This document shows, piece after piece, positions 1 to 10,844 of a stretch of 33,704 nt of DNA (the stretch's first letter is position 1; every line of letters begins with the position of its first letter). This stretch comes from Trichosphaerium sp. ATCC 40318 (lineage: Eukaryota; Protista; Tubulinea): the NCBI GenBank assembly GCA_038496445.1, contig JALMLS010000465.1:1-33704 (forward strand). The letters are read 5' to 3'. Both the position numbers and the translations under genes were made by a program. A model generated the notes under the pieces. It made no database searches and was not told where the DNA came from. It worked only from the letters and a program-made list of their open reading frames with translations.

Positions 1-1
1 G

Positions 2-544
2 CTTGGACATTATGTTGATGGTAAACGTGATGGAGAGTGGAAAGAATGGGGTGACATGAGATGGTTTCGATGTCAAGGTAACTTGATGCTACATTGTCAT
101 TATGTCAATGGCAAAGAGCATGGAGAATATAAAGAACGGCATAAGGATGATAGTAAAATTCATGGTCAATATGTCAATGGTAAGCGAGACGGAGAGTTCA
201 AGAAGTGGTATCCAAATGGTCAATTACAAGAGGTGCATCATTTTGTTAATGATAAGTATGAAGGTGAGTCCAAGACATGGTATGAAACAGGAGAATTATT
301 GGAACAGAAGTTTTATGTAAACGGTGTACTAGATGGAATGTATCAGAGTTGGTACAAAAATGGTCAACTCAAGGAGAAGTGTCAGAATAAAAATGATGTA
401 TTGGAGGGAGAGTATAAAATGTGGCATGATAATGGTAATTTGTGTAAGCACTTTTATCTTGTAAATGGACGTAAAACAGGAGAATACAAAGAATGGCGTA
501 AGGATGGAGAATTGATGGAGCACTATAATTTAAGTTATTGGTAG
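2..544 (+). CDS. MORN-variant repeat protein (YwqK/giant-virus-like), 5'-partial, intronless in view
   Basis: The frame is open from base 2 (LGHYVDGKRDGEWKEW...) to TAG at 542-544. Tandem ~24-aa repeats of the form G-x-Y/F-K-x-W-Y-x-NGQL-x-E-x-x-x-Y-x-NG match MORN-variant repeats. Confidence 0.85.
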   Translation, partial: LGHYVDGKRDGEWKEWGDMRWFRCQGNLMLHCHYVNGKEHGEYKERHKDDSKIHGQYVNGKRDGEFKKWYPNGQLQEVHHFVNDKYEGESKTWYETGELLEQKFYVNGVLDGMYQSWYKNGQLKEKCQNKNDVLEGEYKMWHDNGNLCKHFYLVNGRKTGEYKEWRKDGELMEHYNLSYW

Positions 545-781
545 CTGAACGCCTAGTGTAATCAAAACAAGTTACACTGATTTGATTCTTATGGATGCAA
601 ATAAAAATTAACACTAAATCTACATCCATGACACTCAACAACCTACAAGCCCTTGGTGTAGTTCACAAGTTTGCTTAGGCTAACCTATTTAAAGTGTATT
701 GAGTTCTCATTCTAGAAAAAGTATTTAAATAAAAAGTTCATTAATATCCATGTGTAGAAGTTTGCTTTGGCTTAAGTTCAT

Positions 782-2738
782 TTATTGTCTTGTTGCACGG
801 GTAACCGATGACACATTTGATAGATATTGTTTGTTGCTGTCATATGACGGTTTTGACATTCGTGAAGGAACAAAACTAACTGCCTGAACAATAGACAAAG
901 AATTAAAGCAACAAAACATATATAGCCAGAATAGTAGTTTCCCTAGAGGGTCATCCTTTGGCGCTGGCAAAGCTAACCATATCACTGCCCCTGCTCCAAG
1001 TAAGTACAAAATGATTATAGTTGCTGTAACACGTGTAAAATGTCTTGAAATTATAGCATTTGTTTCTCCATTATCTGATATACTTCTAAGTCTTTTCCAG
1101 AGTTTATATGAGATAATGATTAGGTACATCATCAACAAGGTGTTAATTGCAGCATAGAATCCGGCATTAACAAAGTTAAGAGCATCAAAGTTCGCCCTAG
1201 TGAATAGTGCGATTCTTATCGCAGCAAAGGTAGTCTCAACTAGTACTATACCTCCAGCTAGAATATAGAAAGGTATTGCAAACTTTCGGAGGTATGGTGT
1301 AGCTTCCAGGCTCAATGAGACCATTGATTCGTGCCAGTAAAGTACGATAAGTAGGTTGGATACTACAGCAAAGCTGGTGTGATAAACAGTGAATACTTCT
1401 TCATACCTATGTGGTGACTTAATGTTAGATTAAGTTTCAATAAAACAATGAGCTTTAAAGTACCATCCAGGTACGACAAATAAATAGCCGAAAGGGTCAG
1501 GAATACACCAAAACAATCTAAGTATATTACTAAGTATCTCCACGCTCAGGGCAACTTTAGCGATTGATACACGGTATCCATCGAGGATGATAAACTGCAC
1601 AAACCTACCAGCAAACTTAGATTGTAGTCGAACGCTAAAAAAAGTTTCTTACCTTGTGACTACTACAGCCAACGCAGCTAAAGTTGTTGTTACTAAAATC
1701 ACGTGTGTGACTAAAATGAAGTAAGAGTCACCATTCAGAGTTGGCTTCAATAAGTACCAATAGCCCAAGGACTAGAATAAAGATTATACCACTCATTTTC
1801 TCCAAACTTAAAAGTCACTGTTGTATTATCTTTTATCGAATCAAACCCTCTTTGTCCCAAAATAGGAACTCCTATTCCCTTTAAAGAATCTAAAAAAAAC
1901 AATTTAGAATAACAAGACAGCACAAAGGCGAGTGTACTTTTTGATCTTGTTCTACATTTTCTTACCTCCATGCATTTTTATGTAGTTTGCATTGCCTAGG
2001 CGAATATCGCTTGTTGTATCATACCACTCTACAATCCCGACAATACCTTGTGATACCCAGTCCCTGTATGACCGTCTACCTTCCGGGAAGACAGCAAAAA
2101 CAGCTTTTCCTGCAAGCTATTAATTAACTTAAGAGCGTTGCGTCGACAAAGTGCAAAAAACCGGAAGCCCAAATATGTAGAATTTTGTCAAAAAAAAGTC
2201 AAAAATTCGGCACACTATTTATCCTAAAGTATGCCATAGGAACTATTTAAAAAGCCCCTTTTAGGGTTTGGGAGGGCAGAGCCTAGCGACTGAGCGCCAT
2301 AACTCAGTTGTGTCCCTTTGTGACTTTTTTTTCCACATTTTAGGAAAACCAAAAAACACGTGTTTTACAAGTTTTTCTGGTACTCAAAAAGGGCGGTTTC
2401 ATCGTGCCTATCTAAAATTAACTAAAGTGTTTTTTTTCATTTTCTATTTTTTCGTCTTTATTTTACCTGTTAGATTAGCGCCATCACGTGGAATAACAAT
2501 TGAAGCGTTAAAATCATCAAAAGCTACTTTAGAACCATATCCAAAGAAATACGGAACTGCTTTGTGTTCCGTAGATGTGCCTAAACATATAAGTCCTCGG
2601 ACTTTGTCGGTCGTCGTTCTAAACGAGAAAAACGGTTGTTTTTAGAAGTTTATTGCCCTTACCATTTACCGACAATACTAAATTACCATTATGTACTCCG
2701 AAAATAACAATAAGAAAGAACACCAGCCGAAGCATCAT
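782..2738 (-). CDS. Multi-exon membrane protein: signal peptide, extracellular N-terminal domain, ~7 TM helices (GPCR-like topology)
   Basis: Starts MMLRLVFFLIVIFG (ATG 2738). GT-AG splicing, including two micro-exons within 2117-2466, keeps the frame open (...ETALFEDTTELWRSLAGKAVF...NEWYNLYSSPWAI...). Several hydrophobic helices follow, ending in the 782-1324 ORF. Confidence 0.65.
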
Positions 2739-2838
2739 TATTAACGGAGACAGGTGATTGAGTTTGTATTGACAAAGTTTAGAAAAGTGAAAGTGTCAAC
2801 ATTTTTCTTTATCAGACTACTGGATTTTTATAGCCGGC

Positions 2839-3660
2839 TTAACCTCTAATCACGTGCCAACAGCTTCCTTGATGTTGTTGTTGCCAAAGACAAGATTCAT
2901 GCTGAAGAGCATTCTTTGATGTTTTAGTTTGTTGTGGACCTAGAAAAAGAAAATGAGAAAGAAAATAAAACAACAGAGGAAACGTTTCTCCCTCATTTTG
3001 AATTTGAACATGCAACCAATCATGTTGTTGTACAGAGTTTGAACTCCAAGAGTACTGACCAAGAGATGGTGGAAACCTTTTCCTTGTACATGTACGAGTA
3101 AAGTACTTCATCAATCTACACGTGATGGTTAGAATCTCACTTTGTAAAAAAACTCTGGTGTAGTATACTCTTTCTACTGCAACTACCGGAAGTAGAATTA
3201 ACCCCAACAGCTTCGAATTGTCATCAAGCTTAAAGAAAAACAAACACTTGAGCAAGAAGAAAAACCAAAAAAAAAAACGGACGAAGATAAACAACAGTAT
3301 CACGAACCACTACTGCAGATCCATACATAGCTATTGCCAACTCAATAGCTTGTTTATACATAACAAACAGAGCAGCATTGTAAGAACTCTGGAAACTGAT
3401 ATCTTCGCCATTAAACAACTCAGTCATAGCATCTAAAAACTCTGTCCATGTACCAAGCTCTCTGGTAGTAGGAAAAGCCATACCAGGATGATACTGAGAG
3501 TTTCCTGATACGTAATGCCATAACTTCTGATCATAAGCAGGCACTCCTGCGTGGTACTCAGGTATCGCTACATATCTTGGGTGTAATCTACTTCACGTGC
3601 TGTGTTCACTTTAAATACAGCACTTTTATTAATGACAAATCGTGTACAGTATCCTTCAGT
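2839..3660 (-). pseudogene. Fragment of a periplasmic-binding-protein type 1 (extracellular ligand-binding receptor) domain
   Basis: YVSGNSQYHP...EFLDAMTELF...YNAA...YKQAIELA and LGQYSWSSNS...HVQIQ resemble the PBP1/LivJ-like receptor domain. There is an apparent 1-nt frameshift near 3580 (EVDY/TPRY) and no start or signal-peptide exon. Confidence 0.45.
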
Positions 3661-3794
3661 TTAGAACAATGAAATGTCCAGCTAAAGCATAGGCACAGCT
3701 CATAAACCCTCAAAGCTGGTAAATGTGTATAACTGCTTTAAGTTGCCCAATTAAAGCACTTTTTAGGTATAAAGTTTATTGAACTGTACAGTGT

Positions 3795-4959
3795 TTAACG
3801 ATGTAGCAGTGCTATTCGTTCCTCATTTAATGACGCCACTGCCTTTGCTGACCGTTTACTAAAAACACTGGTAAGTGAGTATTCTTTTCTTTCTTTCAAT
3901 TCACCTTGATACACACGGAGCTATGAAACCTGGGTAGAATGTTGGCAGAGTGATGCTTGATGATTGAACTGTTCTATATGGTGTTTGAGTGCCTACAATT
4001 CTTGTAAGCCAAATATAATAAACAATAAATGATTGAAGAGAACATAAGTGCCTGTTGTTTTATCAATTGCTATTGACATTCGTGGGGTTTCAGCAAAACT
4101 GTTGATACCAACATTTGTAGTATCATCAAGCCTTAACAGCAAGATAGTACCCACAATTGGAGAACCCAAAGTATCAATCGAATCAATAACACATGCTCCT
4201 GGAACAAAAAAAGCTGATGTATCAACAGAATGAATTTCAGAACTCCCAAATCTTTGAGCAACAGACAACATTGTTGTTTCGCTATCAACTACCACTGTAA
4301 CAGAAACAGTAAGTCATATTAAGCAAGAAAAAAAGAAGAAAAAATTGATGGTTATCAACGTACTTCCAATAAAACCAGAAGGTCTTACTGGTGATATTAC
4401 GCACGAGTATATTGGAGATACACAATTATTCGTATTTGTTATGTCAAGTTTGTATGTTGCCACTGTGGATGACGGAGGAAGTAAAACAATGAAAGTTGTA
4501 TCATCAATAAATTGACCGGCAATAGCAAACTCTGGGAAGTCGCCAGTACATATTAATGTGTTGTCAATTGATTTAACTATTACTTTAAATCTTCCACTAG
4601 TTTCTATCATTGTCAAAAGAATCATCGAGCCATCAAATGAAGGTACTAAAAAAGCATCATCAGCCTGTAAAACAGCATACTTGGTTTTACATCTGTGGCT
4701 CACTTATGGCTGGAAATTGTTCTGATTGAAGCGTAAACGTAGCAGTGACGCCCAGAGAAGTAGGTTCTGCAAATAGTTAAGTACGAAACAAGGGTAAAGG
4801 TATTTTACCATTATTAAACTCTAAGTCTGTATAAAATACTTCAACATTTTCAGGATCAGTTAGTGATGAAGCCACACCATAAATATACCCAGGAGAGATT
4901 TGGCGACAAGAAATAGATATAATTAAGGCCAATAACGCCAGTATGGATGTAAAATGCAT
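3795..4959 (-). CDS. Secreted protein of unknown function, copy A (6 exons; inverted paralog of 24591-25764)
   Basis: Signal peptide MHFTSILALLALIISISC. Exon structure is colinear with copy B, and it ends ...NEERIALLHR*. Intron 4 has a GC donor (4050-4051). Confidence 0.75.
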
Positions 4960-5768
4960 GTGATCTCAAGAGACGTTGTGATGTTTAGTGTACCAATAGT
5001 TTTTGGCTTAAGTGATAAAAGGCACTTGATATCACGGAAGCAGATCATCATGAACAAACATTATGGCATTATATTCATTGTGTCAATCCTGTCTTGGCCT
5101 TCTTTTGTAGTTTATTATGTTGATTAGTTTGTAGTAAAATACTACAATCACGGTTATCCACGAACTCTTTTCTATCACACTTGTTCTTCTTGCTCCATTT
5201 GAAACGTAAGCAGTGCTCTTTGTAGTGCAAAAATAGTGATAACTCCGCACCTCAGTCATGTGCGGATCATTTGACGAAATGTACGCTTTTCAAAATTGGA
5301 TCTTTCGAGAAACAGCTGTACCATCACGACCGCAATATATCCGTAACACTCTCAGTTATTTCTAACCAATTGAAGTCTGTAATTGTATTCATATCAGTCA
5401 TGAGTGAATATGTGGAAAATTTCAAGCTTTTACAAAACAATTACAAGTAGTGATCATGCTTTCTTGTTTTGTTATTCAATTATCATTTGCTACACGATTC
5501 TTTTTAAGTGTATAATAAATCCCCTCGTATGGATGATAGAGCCATCAAGACTCTTCACCTCCAATATGCACCTTCTTTGTGTTGACTATGTCCAATCTAA
5601 CGTATCAAGGTGACTCTACAACCTGGCACATGAGTCTGGTGGATCTTGAGGCCGAATGAATGCTTGTATCTTTAGTGCTTTAATACCACAGAACTACGTT
5701 GACAATAGCCTGAATTTCACATATTGGAAACACTCTATTTTTTGTAGAGCAACAGCCATACACTACTC

Positions 5769-8183
5769 ATGTTAAAAAGCTTGTTGGCTATCCTCTTTTT
5801 GAACTTTTTAGTAACAATCACGTGCCTGAATTATTTTGGATCATCTCCGCCTGTAGTTCAAACAAAGAACGGACCTGTTCAAGGATATTACAGTACTTTC
5901 TACGCCATATTATTGGTAAGATACTAAATCGGTTTAGATACAACTGAGGCGCTACCGTTTACTTACTTCCACGGTGAGAGCGTCATTCTCGTAACATTAC
6001 GTCTTTTTCTTACGATTGTTTCACTAGGTATACCATACGCAACGCCTCCTATTGGAGATAAGCGTTTTCAGGCTCCACAACCTGTAGACGATTGGAATAA
6101 AATCATTGACGCCAAAGAGTACATTCATTGAGAACAAAATCGAAAAACTTTTCTCTGAGTTTTTTGTTATGTAGTTTCAAGGAGGCTTGTGTTCAAGGTG
6201 GTAGTATGTATACTTTGGATCAAACTTCAGAAGATTGTCTATACCTTAATGTATTCACTCCTATGCCAATGCACTCAGAAACGCCAGTTTTACTATTCAG
6301 TGCGTGAAGTGAAGTGACTTGTCTAGAGTGTATTGACCTTAATAGTTTATGGTGGTTCTTTTCTGTATGGAGGCACGTCTTTGTACCCTGGTGGACAACT
6401 CGCTGCTCAAACAGATTCCATTGTAGTCACCATATCGTATGTTGAAAAAAAACTTCGAAAAAAATAATATCACGTGACCGAAAAGTCAATTTCTTTTTGT
6501 AGATATCGACTTGATGTTTTCGGATTTTATTACAATGAAGATAACAAACAACACGAAAACGTTGGATTACAAGATCAAGCGTTAGCTATTAAATGGGTCT
6601 ACGAAAATATACACGCGTTTGGTGGTAATCCGAGTACCTTGACAGTATTTGGTGAATCAGCAGGTGGTATGAGCACGTTGCTACAGAGTATCCTACCACC
6701 TACAATTCAAACAGTACCTATACGGTGAGCACCCTTTTTTGAAAATTCGAACTCTTCACAAGAGTTGCAATACTTCATTTATTACACAACCAACAATATC
6801 ACTCGTATTTGAAATCATCCGATAGTCAAATCCTACTGTTCTTGCTTTCCCATGATAAATACATCTATTATACCTCCATCTGGAGTTATTGTAGGTCGTT
6901 GAGTGGGTGCTTCAGTACTAGGTGATGCAGCGCATCATAGAACATTGACAATCTATCTTTTTATCATAATTATGTTACTTTTTGTTCTGACCACGTGATC
7001 TTTATCAATCGTTCTTTTTTTGTACTAATAATTGTTTGAGGGCATTAATCGCAGAAAGTCCTGGGCCATGGAGACTTCCCTCAAAAGAAACTAGTATGAA
7101 GATTACAGAGAGTGTATTACAACTTTTTGATTGCTCTAATACTGAGTACAGTCAATGCTTACATTGTTAAATAATTGATGATTTCTCAGATGCCTGAAAA
7201 AAGTACCAGCAAAAACACTAATGACTGAAACACAGAAATCTGGCGTATGAGCATGTTTACTAGTGTATGGTTTTCTTGACTGCTAATAGTTATCATACTA
7301 CCCCACTGTTGGTGGAACCACTATCACCGCTCAACCATTGTCTTTGCTCCAAGATGGTTTATATAGGAAGTACCCTATGATAATCGGCACTCAAGAATAT
7401 GAAGGAAACATATTTATGTTTCAAAACAGCGGAAAGACACCAGCAGAAGGTATGACCGACTTTGCTGCTGTTATTATACATAACACCTCTAACGTATTTA
7501 GGTATTGATGAAGCAATGTATAACAAGATAGTCGCTGAATCTTTCGCTGGATATTCTTCTGACTTTATTGAGCTTGTTAAGTCATGGTTTGTGATGTTTG
7601 TATTTATAAGTTTGTTCACGTGATGTTTTTTTTAACAGGTATGTGCCGTATACTAAGGCGAGAGGATATTGGGAGGGCGCTTCTAAGATTTTTGGAGATT
7701 CTGGTATTGCGTGCGGTGTACACTTAGCTTCTCCATTTATTGGAAAATTTCAGCCAGATTCTTACTTTAGATATCATTTTACAAAGTTCCCTGAAGGACC
7801 AAACTCCTTCCTTAATGCTACACATGCTTCAGAGTGTAAGTACATGATCTCTTCAAACTTCTAGTATACTTACAAACAAAACAACAGTAGCATACATATT
7901 CCAGCACCAAAGTCTGTTCTTCAATGGAACTTTTTCTCAAGATGACGTCTACGTTTCACACTCAATGGCAGCGTATGATTTTTAACTTCAGTCACATCTT
8001 TTAATACTTTATTGCAGATATTGGAAGTCTATGACCGTTTTAGGAGTTCCAGGAGCCCCATGGAAGAGCTTTTTTTCTGATTCTGATGTTCTTGAGTTCA
8101 ATGTACCTCTTGAAATGAAAACTCTCAATGACAATACTTGGTCATACTGTAATAACTGGCAAGACATATTAACCAGGTTATAG
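5769..8183 (+). CDS. Secreted type-B carboxylesterase/cholinesterase-family hydrolase (multi-exon)
   Basis: Signal peptide, then GIPYATPPIGDKRF, SEDCLYLNVF, YGGSF, NVGLQDQ, FGGNP, nucleophile motif GESAGG, acid EYEG and HASE histidine. The frame is kept by GT-AG introns. Confidence 0.9.
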
Positions 8184-8279
8184 TAATAAATACTTCTCCA
8201 AGCCAACAAATTTTTTCATTTCAAAATACACGTGATATTTTACAAGGCCTTTTTCTTCCAACACTTATCTTGCACCAAA

Positions 8280-8520
8280 ACTGAAATGGCCTATTTTTGC
8301 TACTGTTTACAATGTGACCTGCCATGTACCATGTGTATACTGTTTACATCACAATCACCACGCTCAATTAGTGTTACAGTAGATGATGTACCATGCATGA
8401 AAGATCCATGTAGACAAGCTTCAGATACACACGCATTGACTAGGCCGCAAAAAGATATTCAATGATGATTATCTCTTCTGCATAGTATAAGAATGTTATT
8501 TGTGTATCTCTTTGTGTTGC
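8280..8520 (-). pseudogene. Degenerate ankyrin-repeat relic
   Basis: Minus-strand fragments TFLYYAEEIIIIEYLF and LHGSFMHGTSSTVTLIERGDCDVNS resemble ANK repeats, broken by stops and frameshifts. Confidence 0.3.
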
Positions 8521-8807
8521 TTATTGGCTTCCAAGTCCGATTTTGTAGCAACTAAAGTCTATTTGTTACTGTCAGTTATTGGTGAACACAGATCATGAGT
8601 GATGCTAAGTGATGATTCATTAAATCTTTTGTATTTGAGGGAAAGTTTGTTTCAATTATGTCAATTAGTTTTGTTTTGTAATCAAACATCATCCCTGATA
8701 ATTATACGTCAAGCAGGGTACTAGTATTCAAGGTAAGTTTATTAACATACAAGTACAAGGCATGTAGCAGTAAGGCTTAATAAGTTACGCTTAAGGGCAC
8801 AGTGCGC

Positions 8808-9728
8808 TTAAGAAAATGAAACAAAAGTTATACCTAACATTTCAATTTTTTCTTTTGAAACCTGTTTACAACCACTTAGTATAACAAGGCGTTTAAGTGA
8901 TTTCAAGTGCTCAAAACATTCATTGGTGATCATATCATTAGACATAAGGTAAAGAATTTCAAGGTTGACCAAGTACTTTAATCCTAAGTCTGTAATCCCA
9001 TTACACCCACAAACACCAAGCTGCTTCAGGTTGACCAAGTTCTTCAAACATGAGTCTGTTATATTCGGACACCTAATCAAGGAAAGGGTATTCACATTTA
9101 TCAACGATGAGAATCCTTCATCAGTCATCATTTTAGCTTTATCAATAAAGAGTGTATGGACATTACATAGATACTTCAACCATGAGTCTTCAGGATTAGA
9201 GAGGATAAGTTTATGAACTTCTTTTAGTGCCTTTATTCCTTCAACAGTAATATTCTTGCAATGTCTAATATCGATTGTATGTACACCTTTGAGTGCCTTT
9301 AAAGATACATCTGTGATGGACGTTTCACTCAAGTATATTGTATGAATGGAGCAGTGACTAAAATGTTGTCCTTTGTTTACTAGTCCAACAATATCTGCAT
9401 CTGTCAATATGGCACCATTTAAATAAATGGTTCTAACACCACAAAGATAATTCAAGTCGTTCCCTTCTAGTTCTAGATACTCACAAACAATTTTAGTGTT
9501 TTTGAGCAAAGGACTTTCAAAGAGAACACGACAATCTGTTGAATCATGTAATTTGATGATATTAAAGCCAAGATTGTTACGTATGATGTCTTTGAATACA
9601 CTAGATACTCTACAAGCTCTAATACGCTGTTTCCTGTTTAAAAAACTCAAAATATGAGTAATCGTCTCTGGTGGCATACTTTGAAGACGTGTAACTCGAT
9701 TCATAGCTTCTTCTTGCTTGATCGACAT
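8808..9728 (-). CDS. Intronless F-box + leucine-rich repeat (LRR) protein
   Basis: N-terminal F-box LQSMPPETITHILSFL...RACRVSSVFK, then ~22-aa LRRs of the form LxxVHTLxLxxCxxITDxGLKxL. 306-aa uninterrupted ORF. Confidence 0.88.
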   Translation of the reverse strand: MSIKQEEAMNRVTRLQSMPPETITHILSFLNRKQRIRACRVSSVFKDIIRNNLGFNIIKLHDSTDCRVLFESPLLKNTKIVCEYLELEGNDLNYLCGVRTIYLNGAILTDADIVGLVNKGQHFSHCSIHTIYLSETSITDVSLKALKGVHTIDIRHCKNITVEGIKALKEVHKLILSNPEDSWLKYLCNVHTLFIDKAKMMTDEGFSSLINVNTLSLIRCPNITDSCLKNLVNLKQLGVCGCNGITDLGLKYLVNLEILYLMSNDMITNECFEHLKSLKRLVILSGCKQVSKEKIEMLGITFVSFS

Positions 9729-10032
9729 TATTTGATGAGTGTAATGGTCAAACTTGTTAAAAACTCACTGTAGCTTAACCAAACTCCTGACTTGTATATT
9801 TGCTCCCAGCCTCCTACAAAGAGTTATCACGGTCAGAACGTTAGTTGATAAGAAATGTGTAAAACTAGCTTTGTCACGTGATATTGGTAAAGGGAATTTG
9901 TACTTGTCAAGTAGCTTGACAGCGAGTTCTTCGCTGACAGTATAATGTAAATCAATTATTACCAAACAGTGTGTTGAGATGAGCTGTTAACACTGATAAT
10001 TTGCCTAAAAACATACAGCAGAAAGGATAGAT

Positions 10033-10394
10033 TAACGCCCTTCCGTTATGAATACAAGCAATATTCATATTGTCCCGTAAGCCATATTCATTAATATTCA
10101 TTCATGAATATTCATGGGCGTTTGGTGAGTCAGGATGTTGAGGAGCTTTGGTTTGTAGCACCTAGCAATGTTCCTAATGGATAGATTCAACAAGTTGCAT
10201 TTGAAAACCGAATCGGAATAGTCAACAGAACACCAAAACCCACAAATCCAGTCAAAATCAGCCATCAAATTGCACAATTTTCTGCCGTTTACTGTGTGCA
10301 TGAATAATGAATGAATTTTTTTTAGTCGTGAATATTTGTGAATGTAGGCTGTATTTGAATATTCAATTTATTCATTCATAACGGAAGGGCGCTA
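10033..10394. mobile_element. hAT-superfamily MITE (362 bp)
   Basis: TIRs TAACGCCCTTCCGTTATGAAT (10033-10053) and ATTCATAACGGAAGGGCGCTA (10374-10394) match at 20/21. Perfect 8-bp TSD GGATAGAT at 10025-10032 and 10395-10402. Multiple subterminal ATTCAT/ATGAAT motifs. Confidence 0.9.
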
Positions 10395-10844
10395 GGATAG
10401 ATCTTGTGATTCAAGATTACCTCTTCCTGCACTAGCACCACATTTTTTTTTAAAATAGTGTCAAAACAGTTCCAAATACATGAAAATAGCTAGTACAAGG
10501 TTTGTGGTTTTTCCAAATGAGCGTTATCCATATCTCCATGCGCTGAATAGTCGCCAGTCTTAGTAATTGGTCTGAAACTTGTCTAAACCTGCTCTCCACA
10601 CCCAGGCGACTATGTTAGCTGGTCCATAGCGCTCCTATTTTCGTACACAATCTTAAACAAATTTGAGCAGCATCCGCAGCGTTTTTTTCGTGTTCACAGA
10701 AACCATATTTTATTTTCGGACAATGTTACACGTCCACACACTTTCCATATTGGGTACCCATGTACAAAGGGCTCCAACGAGTATGTAAATATACAATTAC
10801 ACTTAAAACAATACATAAATATACCCATCTTCGGCATCATCTTA

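Noticed and set aside
2122-2423. AATTAACT direct repeats flanking ~290 bp, resembling an 8-bp TSD of a MITE in an intron
   Set aside because: No convincing TIRs. The interval contains two micro-exons needed to keep the 7TM gene in frame, and the repeats are just branch/acceptor sequences.
5100-5760. Coding-like fragments on the minus strand (similar fragments at 9760-10010, 20340-20660 and 25820-26200)
   Set aside because: Multiple stops and no recognisable domain. Probably decayed gene pieces, but I cannot support a call.
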